A DNA stretch of 63,565 nucleotides, filler included, from Klebsormidium nitens (taxonomy: Eukaryota; Plantae; Klebsormidiophyceae), in assembly GCA_000708835.1 (NCBI GenBank). It is 4 parts of 4 records of this genome, joined end to end, with 100 filler letters (N's around TTAATTAATTAA, not from the genome) between each part and the next. Parts side by side here need not be neighbours in the genome. Positions count along the whole stretch, not along the records: positions 1 to 20,913 come from DF237918.1; positions 21,014 to 38,222 come from DF237988.1; 2 more parts are not named here. One strand, written 5' to 3'. This document shows, one piece after another, positions 12,635 through 23,450 of this stretch. Below the pieces are notes generated by a model. The model did no database searches. It was not told the DNA's origin and saw only the letters and a list, made by a program, of their open reading frames with translations. A program made the position numbers and the translations under genes. Within the stretch, counting starts at the first letter, position 1; each line of letters starts with the position of its first letter.

Positions 12635-13096
12635 CGGCGGCTCTGCGAGCCTCCTCTTGTTCCACGCATTCTCGTCGGATCTGATCACCCCAAAGCTTGC
12701 CTCTCTTCTTTGCCAGTGCAATCATTGCATTGGTCCTCTCCTCAGCTTGAAGCGCTCTAGTAGCTTTTGCTTTTGCCGCCTTTGCGAGCTTCACCTCATC
12801 CACAGACTTCGTCATCGATATGTATGTTCACCAACGGAAATGTCCGACTGGCCTTGAACGCACAGACCGTTCTGGGAACCCTCACAGCTATGTAGACCTG
12901 CTCAACCTCAAATATCCGCCATCATCGCTCCAGTCGTGGGCTTTGCCACGCACTCGTGGCACGTGAGTCACTTTTCTGAACACAATGCTCAACACCTGCA
13001 GGTTCAGCCACCAGTCGAAGTCAGCTGGAGGACCAAGGCGCAGATCAAACCTACGAAAGAGCGTGACAGGTGAAGCCTCTACCTCCACATCTTGAC

Positions 13097-13150
13097 CGCT
13101 TCGCTTTGGGGGCCCGGGGCAAAGCCCCTAGCAAAGCGCTATCGCCCCTC
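13097..13150 (+). repeat. GC-rich hairpin direct repeat, copy 2
   Basis: cgcttcgctttgggggcccggggcaaagcccctagcaaagcgctatcgcccc. Confidence 0.8.
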
Positions 13151-13632
13151 CCTCATCTGTTGGTACTTACGGATGCCAGTAAGGCTTTGCGGCATGTACC
13201 GATCCATTTCCTCCCTTGCTCGTGTTGTACCTGTTCTGAAAACCCATTTGTGAATATCTAGATCTGTACAGTCGGCTTCCAAATCATCATGTATCATGTA
13301 TCACAAAATAGGTCTTTCTGACAATCCACCACACTCTTCCACAGACGCGCACACCCGCAAGTCGAGCATACGCCGGCCATGAGCGAGCAGGCCGCGGAGC
13401 TGATGGCCAACAACAGAGAGGGGCTCCGCGCCTACGAGGTGGAAAGGGCAGCTCGAGCCGGGGCCCTCGATCAGCTGCATGGGGGACCTGGCCGCCGGCA
13501 TCGGCGCCGACCACACTGCCCCTATCAAGCAGGAGCGATCAATGCTGCGGGACTGGCTCGTCGTGCATGAGGAACCCCCCGAGGTAGGAGGCTCGCTTCG
13601 TACTCCAGCGTGAGAGGCGCGAGGTCCCAAAA

Positions 13633-13698
13633 ATCAGTAGATTCTTGCGAAGAAGTATATAGATTATAGGACTAGATAGGTGACAAGAATCTACTGAT
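13633..13698 (+). repeat. H-family hairpin copy H2
   Basis: ATCAGTAGATTCTTG / CAAGAATCTACTGAT perfect arms; followed by ggagggccacgcgctagctcgaaa. Confidence 0.9.
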
Positions 13699-15434
13699 GA
13701 GTCTTTGGGAAGAGGAGGAATAGCGGAGGGCCACGCGCTAGCTCGAAAATCATGGCGTCGGCGGGAGTCCTTGCCCAGGAGTGAAAGGCTTATGGACCCA
13801 ATCAGTAGGTCAGTCAGTCCCCTCTGTTGATCGGACGCACTCCCTGCTGGCCCCAAGATCAAACCATTTTTTCGTATATGTTGAATGAGGTTCATCGAAT
13901 ACTCTGTCAACCGGTAAGAGCAACATGTGCGGGGACTCTCGGAGTTCATTAAAAGCATGCTTGGTGACCCCTGAGCCTACACCTGGTTTCCAAGCATCAA
14001 AGGTGCCATCACCATCTCAATTGCTACACCGTTCCAAGCAGGTAGAAGCACTAGCTACTGAGTTATTGGCCTCGTGCACGTGGACGTTCAATGGGACCTC
14101 GCTTCGACTTTTTGCAGCCAACGTTTGACGCAAGGGGCGAAAGCATCGAGGACACCATGGAGGGCTCCGCAGACGGTGGTGACTCTGAGGCAACCGACAG
14201 CAAGCGTGAGGACGTGAGCATGTGCGTGCAATCAACACCGGAGACCGACGCTGCGGGGCAGTATTGGTTTACCTCGGGGAAGCCGCTGGAGCAGTGCAGA
14301 CGTGCAATGGAGGCTCGCAGTGACGCCATCTTGATCGCCTGCGACGTGACAAAGGACTCCGGTGCCAAGAAATTCGGGAGCGTCCTCGACCCGGCCGCCC
14401 TGCAAGAGTACGTCACGCGCCGCAAGGAGATGGGCCTCGGTCACGCCAATCTATACGAGGGCTTGACCGAGGGCCTGCCGACCAAGCTGTACGCGGACAT
14501 CGACCTGCGGACCGCAAGCAAGGTGCAAGGGGACTTCGAGCGGTACAAGAGACACTTGGACGAAGTGAGGGACGCCTTCCTGGTGGACGTGGTGGGCATA
14601 CCGCTCGAGAGCATCCGGTTCGAAGCCAGCGAGGCCCACGGGGATGCGGCCGACGGCGGGTACAAGTGGAGCATCCACGAGCTGCTGAGCGGATACTACC
14701 TCGAGGACTTCCACGCCCGCGACGAGTTCAAGAAGGCCTTTGAACACTTCCAGAAGCACCTTCCCGCGCATCTCTCGCACTGCGACGAGTTCCTCTGGCA
14801 TACGCCCGACCCCCAGAGAGGCCCGAAGCTCATCTGGGACCCCTCTGTATTCGCCAAGTTCAAGTGCTTCCGGTTGCTGTACTCGCGGAAGAAGGGCTCG
14901 GACCGGCCCCTCTTGCCCGTCGATGGATGTTCGACGCAGCTGGTGGACCATCTGGTGGGCATCTATACGGAGGAGGAGCTCGCGTGCCAGCTGCCTATCG
15001 ACGTCGGAGCGCTGGAGCGGTACAACCGGGAGGTCGGGGTGGATGCAGGGGAGCGCCGCGAGACCCCCCGCCGTCATACGACCCGGGTCGCGGTGGAGGG
15101 GGGCTCAGCCGAAGGCGGCACTCGGGAGGACGCGGAGGGAGCGCCCCTGACCGCGCACGAGCTGGAGCGCCTGACGAGCGTTTACAGGGAGGACCACCCC
15201 GGGGCGGAGATCCGGACCACTCTGCAGGTTGCTACAGATATCTTTACCCTCCATTTCCATATCCAGCAGCCGATGTGCCGCATCCTTGGGGCCGCGCACG
15301 ACAGCGACGGGAACAACGGCGGGTACCTTGTTTACAGGCGGAGCGATCCGACGGTTGCCTATTACAAGTGCCACTCCGCGAGGTGCAGGTGAGCTTGCTG
15401 AAGTCACCGCCAGCTTGCAGGCGGCGTGGTGCGG

Positions 15435-15502
15435 AATCAGTCAAAATTTGCATCTATACTCTATACCTATAGGACTATAAAGGTTGCAAATTTTGACTGA
15501 TT
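15435..15502 (+). repeat. H-family hairpin copy H3 (intron 1)
   Basis: Perfect 18-bp arms AATCAGTCAAAATTTGCA / TGCAAATTTTGACTGATT, 32-nt TATA-rich loop. Confidence 0.95.
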
Positions 15503-15646
15503 GACCGTCTGCCGGAAGGGATGGCGGAGGAATGCGCGCTAGCTCGCAACTCCTGACTCTCTGCAAACTCTGCGCGAGCATGTGAGGCATACCACCAGCT
15601 GGCACACGCCCCTCTTCAGCTAGGATGGCCGCGGTGCAGGAACTTG

Positions 15647-15714
15647 AATCAGTCAAAATTTGCATCTATACTCTATACCTATAGGACTATAAAGGTTGCA
15701 GATTTTGACTGATT
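15647..15714 (+). repeat. H-family hairpin copy H4 (intron 1; 212-bp tandem period with H3)
   Basis: Identical to H3 except one base. Confidence 0.95.
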
Positions 15715-16581
15715 GACCGTCGGCCGGAACTTGGAACGAAGGAGGACCGCGCGCCAGATGGCAATTCCTGACTGAACCGCTCCGTCTCTTTGTGCAGCGG
15801 CACCGTGCGGCGGTTGCAGCTGCAAGTCCACCAGATACCCGGGTGGTCTCAAAACTACACGGACACGAGCGGCATGCTGCCTTACCCCTTGTTTGATATC
15901 GATCGGAGGGCGCCAAAGCGCACGATCCTCGTGACAGCTAACAAGGGCATAGGGAAGTCGAAGGCGAGCTATGATTGGCTGTGGAATATGCTGCAGAAAA
16001 ACGAGGGCGCAGGCGTCGTCATCATTGCTGCCAACATCGCCCTCGCGAAGAAGTGCGAGTCGGACCTACGGATCGAATGTGAACGCAATCTACGAGAGCG
16101 AGCCTCGACCTATTTGGGCTCGACCTGTTCGTCAATTACCTGGACGCGCCGGGTGGCGATATCAAACAGCCGAGGATAATATGCTGCATCAACTCGCTCC
16201 ACCGTGTCCGTTCCAGCCCGGCGATAGTCATGGTCGACGAGGCGGACATGGTCCTCGCCAACTGCAACTCCGACGTGATGACGAACCGGAAGAAAGTCTT
16301 CATGGCCGCCGAGCGCATCACGGGGGACGCCCGCGTCCTCATCGCGATGGACGCGCACATCGACTGCGCGAGGGTCCTCGAGTGGTTCTATATGGTCCGG
16401 CCGGACAGCGAGCTGCACTCGATCCAGAACGCCGGCATACACCCGAGCCAACTGGGGAGGACGGCCACCATCTGGCGCCTACCGAAGTTGAAAAACTTGG
16501 AGCTCACGTGCGCCCCGGCCGTCGCGCGTACCCTCGAGCTCCTGAAGAGCGGCCTGAAAGTCGGGGTGAGCGTCTCAGAAA

Positions 16582-16646
16582 ATCAGTAGATTCTTGCAAC
16601 TAATCATATAGACTATAGAACTATATAGACTGCAAAAATCTACTGC
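16582..16646 (+). repeat. H-family hairpin copy H5 (intron 2)
   Basis: TCAGTAGATTCTTGCA / TGCAAAAATCTACTG arms starting about 16 nt after the GTGAGC donor; degenerate ggagga..cgctag flank. Confidence 0.9.
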
Positions 16647-18584
16647 GGAGTCTCTGGCTGAAAAAAAGGAAGGGGGAGGACAGGACCCTACGCTAGGTTG
16701 CAATTCTTGTGGCCGGTCGTTCTTGAGTCGAAGCCATCAAAAGTGTATCTATGTTGTAGCAGCGCCCTAGAACTCTGGGGAAGATTCAAAAAGCAGTCAC
16801 GGGCCGCCATTGACACGTTTCTAACGGGCGTCAGTTGCACATGCTGCAGGCGCCCTCGGCTAGCCTGCGCTACGTGAAGCAGCTGACGGAGGCCGCCGCT
16901 TTAGAATTCGGGCCATCGAAGGATGTGAAGGCATTCCACGGCGCGCAGAAATCTCCGGAGGACAAGAAGCGTCTGTTTCAAGCCGTGGCGGAACCGGACG
17001 TGCACATGCTGGCGGATTTGATGACACACACGTCGGTCATAGGCCCGGGAGTATCGGTTGGAAGGCCTTGGTACGATACGGTCGTGGCGCTGGCTTACAA
17101 CAGCTCCTTCCACCCGGACGTGTTTGCCTTCATCCAGATGCTCTTTCGGCTTCGCATCGCGGGGCCCATGGACATATTCCTCAGTGCCGACAACCCGCGC
17201 GACTGTCAGCCGGCGTGCTTGCCGACAACGAAGGAAGACGTCTTCCGAGCGATCGAGGATGAGGACGAGGAACTTCGCAAAATGCTAGGGTCCACCGACC
17301 ACCTCGACTTTCTTGTCAGACGACGCGGCAAGCGGGCGATATGCAACCGGGAGTCTGCCACGTGCGTGTTGTACGCCAACAACGTGCTCGCGAGATGCGA
17401 CAGCATCCGCCACTACCTGAAGATCATGACGGAGGATCTGCAGAAGCAGGGACTGACGGTCATCGAGAAGGGAGCACCGTGTGTGGAGACCGAACATACT
17501 CCTCCAGAGGCTTGCGATCCCGATGCAGAGCTGACGGCTGAGGAGTGGCGAGAGAAGTACGTGGTTCGCGGAGACCAATACTCGCATCTCTAGGTGCTGG
17601 AGGAGTCGCAGGACGTCGGCTTACTAGAGCTGAATCAGATCAAGTTGTACGAGGCGATCCATGAGTTCTACAAGGTCGACCCCGGACTGGTCGACTTTGA
17701 CTTCTTCGATGAGTTCTGTGGGGAGGACAACAAGAACCGTGACATGTATGGAAATTACATGAGGTGAGCAACCTTGATTCGACGGGGCAACTTTCCCACT
17801 GAGCTGATGGCGTTTGATTGGTTGTCCGGTGGAAGCTTTGTCCTTGCAAGGATTATCCCGAAACGCTTGATTGATGATCATTCTACTGGCGGCTGCAGGT
17901 TCCGCAAGCTCTCCCGCGACCAGATTGCCGCGGGGCTTTGCATTCCACTGAAGGAAGCCGATGCGGTGGGCGTTACTCAAGACTATGTGACGGAGCGGGA
18001 CAGGCCTCAGAACAAGGTGCTCTTTGCCCGTGACGTGCTGGCGGACCTCATGGGCGTGAAGGACTCGGAAGGAGGATCGCTTGACGGGGCACTTGACAGC
18101 TACGAGGTCACGGAGTCTTCAATTCAAGCCGCCTATGCGGCGAAGGTCGGCACGAGCCAAGGGAGGCTCGCGAAGGTGCGCGGTGACTATGGGATACGAC
18201 AGAAGGCGGCGCTGGACAAGCTGACGCCGAACCTGAAGCGGAACGTTGTCAAGAAGGTCATCTCCATCGGGCTAGGCCTCGACTTTCTCTTGAGCACGAC
18301 TAGCAATAACAAGTTCGTAGGTCCGCACGTCTTCCAACCGGCCCTCTGGAGGGAGTTGCATGAGCGATATGGGGATACGCCAAGTAGCTCAGAGGCGGAC
18401 GTTGCGCTCATCGTGATCCCGTCATAGCTAGCTAGTAGTATAGATGCAACAGTACATAAGACGATTGAGTATACTCTTAAAGAGTCAAGTGGTGAACGGA
18501 GTCAATTGATTGATGTGCGATACATGTTCTGACGCAAATGGCATGTGACCATTCTTTTATCTTTGGCGACAAGTAACATGCGCT

Positions 18585-19064
18585 ATGCAGAGCGTGATCA
18601 ATACACACGTTCGAAGGTCCGACCAAATTCAAGCCTTCTATAACGAATGCCTTGAGAAAGCTATTGGCCGGATCAAACGGGCATATGAAGAGGAGCAGTG
18701 CACAAGCATGATTCTTAAGCTGGGGGAGATAGCAGGGCTGAAAGGAATCCTCCCCCCGCACTCCATGCATGACTTAGTCAAAGTGGTGCGCATTGGCCTC
18801 GAAAAAGCTGGAGTCAGAGCTTACAGGTGCCGAGACCCGCATCATCTTATGGTGGAATGGGGAAACGTGCTCAAGAAATCTACCCAATCATCTGGTGCCA
18901 GAGCGACTCACACCAAACACAAGCATGCGGCGGCTGACGGTGGGCCACGCTTTATCTTTGATGGGGACCGTGGCACAATTCCCATGCTCGAAGTACTGAT
19001 GAACCCTGCGAAATGTAAGCAGGCCTATCTATGTAAGCAGGAGGCAATTGATGTTACCGGTTAG
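18585..19064 (+). CDS. Small NCLDV-type conserved hypothetical protein (DUF5759-like, from memory)
   Basis: YNECLEKAIGRIKRAY..LPPHSMHDLVKVVRIGLEKAG..PHHLMVEW resembles the phycodna/mimivirus pattern YnkiLerch.kIk.as..P.Yd...i.yi...L...Gf...Pnll.IsW. Intronless. Confidence 0.55.
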   Translation: MQSVINTHVRRSDQIQAFYNECLEKAIGRIKRAYEEEQCTSMILKLGEIAGLKGILPPHSMHDLVKVVRIGLEKAGVRAYRCRDPHHLMVEWGNVLKKSTQSSGARATHTKHKHAAADGGPRFIFDGDRGTIPMLEVLMNPAKCKQAYLCKQEAIDVTG

Positions 19065-19114
19065 CACCCATGCCCCGTCCCTCGTTCGTAACTCCGAACC
19101 ATTTTAACCATCTC

Positions 19115-19657
19115 TCAGTAGCCCGACGACGACGAATCATAATCGTCTGTGATGGGGGCCGCTTGGCGTCGTCGCCCGGAACCCCTTTTAGACGGCTTGT
19201 AAAGCGCTTTAGGAGTCGCCGTCGCTTTCGATGTTCTTCGGTTCGCTTGTGGAGTCAAAGCTTCGAAATCTTCGATCGAAAGCTTCGTAGCGCTCGTCCT
19301 ATAAGACCCCTGAAAATGCATAGCCTGAGGCCTCAGATTCTCTGGCAATGCATGCAGAGATACCTGGTATGCATACTCTTTGTGTTGGCTGCCTCTCGTT
19401 GTCTCCGCGAGTAAAACATACGCCTTGAATGGAAGGGTTACTGCCCTAGGGGCAGTTGCCTTGAGCAACCGATACAAAGCGCTACCGGCCCTGCAACCTG
19501 CTTGAACGACTCGCCCCCGCTCAGCGTCGATCTCGAGCCGCGACTCAGCTAGCTTGTTGGTGTGGTCCGAGCACTTTTTGTCGATAGCCTTTACGACCTT
19601 GAATGATCGTCGATTTCTCTTGTTTCTGAGCGGCTGATCCTCCATATTCAATGGCAT
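19115..19657 (-). CDS. Hypothetical basic protein, intronless
   Basis: Open frame of about 180 aa (MPLNMEDQPLRNKRNRR..), between two virus-like genes; no domain recognised. Confidence 0.45.
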   Translation of the reverse strand: MPLNMEDQPLRNKRNRRSFKVVKAIDKKCSDHTNKLAESRLEIDAERGRVVQAGCRAGSALYRLLKATAPRAVTLPFKAYVLLAETTRGSQHKEYAYQVSLHALPENLRPQAMHFQGSYRTSATKLSIEDFEALTPQANRRTSKATATPKALYKPSKRGSGRRRQAAPITDDYDSSSSGY

Positions 19658-20021
19658 GATAATAATGCACCAGGGGTCGGCGTCAGAGCGGCTCCCCCTG
19701 ATGCATTTTTGGAGTCTGTCTCCCAATAACCAAAAACATGCCCCGTCAAATGACCACTCGTCAGGCGGAATGCACTATTAAATGCGAACGGCCTCCCTTG
19801 GCTTTTAGAATACTCCAATGTTTATTTACTGTAAATAGAATTACTGATATTTTGAACCCAAAGCGCTTTGATAAATTCATTGATTTATAAGTGTCCAAAG
19901 GCCTCGAAAAAGATGCCCATAACCCCTTGGCAAAGGGCCTCACGCAATCGTGCTTCTCTCCCCCAGAGCGCTTGCTTCGGATTATTCTGAGAATAATATC
20001 TTACGGGAGAGTATCGTCCCC

Positions 20022-20753
20022 ATGGCAGCTAACCAGTCAGCACCAGCAACCGATGATGATGTTAAGAGAGTCATATGCGGCGAGACTTTCTGTCATAACC
20101 TGTTAAATGACGGCATCGCAAGGGCCTCGACGACTTGTATTCAGTACATGGCAAGCCTGACTTACATTTATAAGCTGCTGAACAAAGGAGCGGTTATGCC
20201 CCCCAACGTCGAGTGGATCCGCGACGACATCGACCGCCTTATCCCCTTGCTGGAAAAAGAATACACAAACAGAGGGACACTATGCAATAAATACACCCCG
20301 CTGATGACCTTGTCAAAACAACAGGGATGGATGGATTCGTACAACCGATACTATCGTAGCTTCTTGATCGCAAAAACTGCGCAAATCTCTCAGGCGGGAT
20401 CGCAAAAAGCCACCCAGAAGGAAGAAATGAATTGGATCGACATGCGAGAAATCAAGGAAAAAATGGAGGAGCTAGGACGGCGCATAAGGCGCCAAATCCT
20501 CCCCGAGTTTCGCGCGAACCGGAGACCGCTCGGTCAAGACGAGGTGAAGGTCGTGTTCCAGCACCTCGTGTTGGCGGCAAACGTCCTCGAGCCTCCCAAA
20601 CGACGTGATTGGGGTAACCTTCCAATTCGGAAGCTAGACGGCACCTTCTACAATGAAGCAGCGAAGGCCCTATATGAAGAGTTTGGCAACGAACTGGTCG
20701 AGAAAGCCACGGATACATATGTCATGGTCCTGAAGACGTTCAACATCGGATAA
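20022..20753 (+). pseudogene. Tyrosine recombinase of the virophage/Polinton-like-virus/NCLDV type, C-terminally truncated
   Basis: EEMNWIDMREIK..HLVLAANVLEPPKRRDWGNLPIR..YVMVLKTF matches nW..w.e....l.lY..lPP.R.Dy..m..N..f....KT. The HxxR and catalytic Tyr region is missing and the ORF stops at the edge of a palindromic insert. Confidence 0.7.
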
Positions 20754-20913
20754 AGTGAGGATTGCCGCTCATGTGCCGCGCAATGCCGCCGGCACCTTGC
20801 GGCACATGACACAGACCTATCGCCACTCGGCAACGGTCCCCGTGCCGGGGAGTATTTGAACAGTGCCGATAGTTTTTGTCGGCATACTAAGCGGCATAAT
20901 AGCATTTCTCCGG
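20751..20913. mobile_element. Probable end of an inserted element with TGCCG/CGGCA hairpin repeats, truncating the recombinase
   Basis: TCATGTGCCGC..GCGGCACATGA and GTGCCGA..TCGGCAT hairpins; many TGCCG/CGGCA words; runs into the gap. Confidence 0.5.
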
Positions 20914-21013
20914 NNNNNNNNNNNNNNNNNNNNNNNNNNNNNNNNNNNNNNNNNNNNTTAATTAATTAANNNNNNNNNNNNNNNNNNNNNNNNNNNNNNN
21001 NNNNNNNNNNNNN
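20914..21013. other. Artificial contig linker N44-TTAATTAATTAA-N44
   Basis: Same 100-bp construct at 38223-38322 and 51856-51955; gives stops in all six frames. Confidence 0.9.
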
Positions 21014-21363
21014 TGTTCAGCACCGCTTCATATAATGTGCGCACCCAGTGCACTTTCAGTTACTTTGGAATGGCGTCACTTTCAATGCAATAAGCGGTCC
21101 AATATACATCTGGTATGACAGTTGATGCTATTCTCAATTACAAACCAGTTCATTGTCGCTTACAACCCCTCCTATTGACTATCCGAAACGGCTCAAGGTC
21201 CAGAACGTCCTTGAGACTCAGGAGCGCACCGTCTTTGCAAACGGCTTTGAAGGATGTGACCCACTTCCTAGCCTTGCTCCCCGCATGCTTCAGCTCAAAC
21301 TCCCCTACCGCCAAGGACTCTCCTTTTCCGCCTACACACGGAGGCACACGCGTCAGGGAATAC

Positions 21364-23450
21364 TCAAGGTATACGACTCTGCTTTGAGCATATTGCTTGA
21401 CAACAAGCAGAGCAGTCCTTGACAATCTTTGACGCGCGCTTACCACATGATTCACACTGGCACCCCTCTACTTCAGCAACAGTCTGCCGGGACTCCATGT
21501 CCTTCTTGACCACGAGAGTGCCCCTGAGCTTGTTACACTCGATGGGAATCCTCCTGACGTAGACAGGGCCCTTCCCCTTCCTCTTCTTGATACTTAGGTT
21601 CTCCTCATGCAAAGAGCGCTTCCTCCCCACCTGCAAAAGAGTAGCAATGATTACTCCCACCATGAAGTACCTTACAGATACATGCCTGCACAATGGCTGT
21701 ATGCACATACAAAACAAGTAACATCAGACAGGGTGGAACGGTGCCTTACTTTGGGACTGTCAACTTTCTCCCCAGCATCCTTGGAACCCCTCGCAAGGGA
21801 CAGGAGCTCCTCCTTCAAGCACGCAGTCACCCCTTCCAGCTCTTTGACTATCTTGTTGCTTTCCCTAGAGTCTTCTGCATCACGTAGAGCCCTGTCACGT
21901 GCTTTCTCCGACTCCTGCAGTCTTTGGGTCAATTCGTTGACGACCGCCTCGCCTTCTCCCTTCCCCTTTCTAACTTCAGCTTCGAGCTGTCGTATCGAGG
22001 CTCTAGCGTCTTCCCCATCACTTCGTGCCTCCAAGAGTTGGGCCTCGAGTTTCTGAATGGATAACGTTGACTCGTCCAACCTGAGCTGAACCTGCACCAA
22101 CCGATATATGCAGTCAGGTGGCCGAATGAGCACATACATTCGTATGTACGCAGTGCGTGGGTCATAGCGCAAAACCGAGCAGAGCGCGCAGCGCAGCGCA
22201 GCGCGCAGAGCTCACCTGTTCTAGCTCCTCCTGGGCTCTCATCGATTCCCTCTGAGCCTCGCTCACTTCAGCCTCAAGCTGCTGGTGAGCAGCTCTTGAC
22301 TTTCCCAAAGCCAGCACAGAAGCACCCTCTGACTCCAACAATTCAGCTTGAAGTTCCTGAATGGTTGTTTTCAAGTCGAGCTGATTCTGCACACATCAGC
22401 AAAGGGGCAGTTTACAGATGATCAGGATAATCATGCATCTGTGTACTGTACCTACAAACAAGGGTGCGCATCACAGAACAGCCCTGCACGTGCTTTCTCA
22501 CAAAGACCTGTTTGCCTGAGTGCTCACCCGTTCCCATTCGACCTCTGCCTTCTTAGCCCTCCGCGCCTCCTCATAAAGTGCTTGGTTAGCCTTTCTCAAG
22601 TCTTCAACCTCAATACCAAGTCGCTGAATTGTAGATTTGGCTTCCTCTACCTCCAGCACAGAGGCGTCCCGGGCACTTATAGCCGTCCTCAGCTCAGCTT
22701 GGAGACGCACATTGGATGCACCCAAGGCCACCAACTTGCGCGTTCCAGCACGCCTCAAGTCACTGAGTTTGAACTCAACCTGCAAGATTCACCTAGACTT
22801 AGAGTACTTGCAGACCTCCGTGCATTCCCAAGGGTCAGAGCCGTGTGCATGCATGCATGCATCCTCCAGTTCTCAACACTGGCGCGCACTCACCTCTTTT
22901 TGCTTCTCCGCTGCTAGTTCGAGTTTCTGTGCCAGTTGTTTGTTCTCCACGTTGCTTCTTTGCAGCTCATCATGGATCCGGTCCTTCTCTAAGACGTACT
23001 CCTGTGTAAGTTTGCAGCAACCCTGGGGACGCCTCGACCACAGTGGCACAGCCGCACTCATGAACCCTGCAACTAACTCCTGCACGTGTTGGTAAGCCCA
23101 TTTGCATTGGGGCAGGTGATTGGCCCCAACCACAAGGCTTACAAGCTTTCCTTGGCTTGTCTTGAGTGAAGAGAGGAGGTTTATCAGCTCCTTAAGGATT
23201 GCCCCAGCACTTTCCTCCCCGTCGTGTACGTTCAGCCCTCGGTAGAATATTGCTCCTGGGGGTGACACTAACAGTCGCTGGAAATCTGACCCCAAGTAGC
23301 GTGCTCTGACTCGGGAATTGTGTAGGAGGCTGAACAGGGCAATGTTGTTCGGGGCATTTGCCAACATTGCTGCAAACGCTGCTACGGAGTTGCTCCTCAG
23401 CGTGCATCTTTCCTGACCCTTTAGGAAATCCAGGCAAGGATGCATGGTCG
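21364..23450 (-). CDS. Multi-exon coiled-coil protein with a C-terminal C-x-C-x2-C motif (SAND/ULT- or Tify-binding-like)
   Basis: Several coiled-coil exons flanked by GT/AG sites (22873-23445, 22498-22785, 22162-22392, 21810-22100); terminal IPIECNKLRGTLVV..GCQCESC. Confidence 0.5.

Larger units (their letters stand above)
14091..18427 (+). pseudogene. PrimPol-type AEP primase fused to a UL9-like (origin-binding protein) SF2 helicase, virus-like, with three spliceosomal introns and two lesions
   Basis: AEP motifs KLYADID, KWSIH, WDPSVFAKFKCFRLLYSRK; helicase motifs ANKGIGKS, INSLHRV, MVDEAD, THTSVIGPGVS, FIQMLFRLR. Frame-preserving introns 15389-15797, 16566-16849, 17764-17898. Frameshift about 16085-16110; in-frame TAG 17591-17593 with coding-like sequence continuing. 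Confidence 0.88.

Noticed and set aside
14232-17980. Numerous minus-strand and alternative-frame ORFs over the primase-helicase gene
   Set aside because: Shadow ORFs of GC-rich coding sequence.
20958-20969. TTAATTAATTAA as a biological motif or target site
   Set aside because: Identical N44-flanked construct occurs three times; it is an assembly linker.
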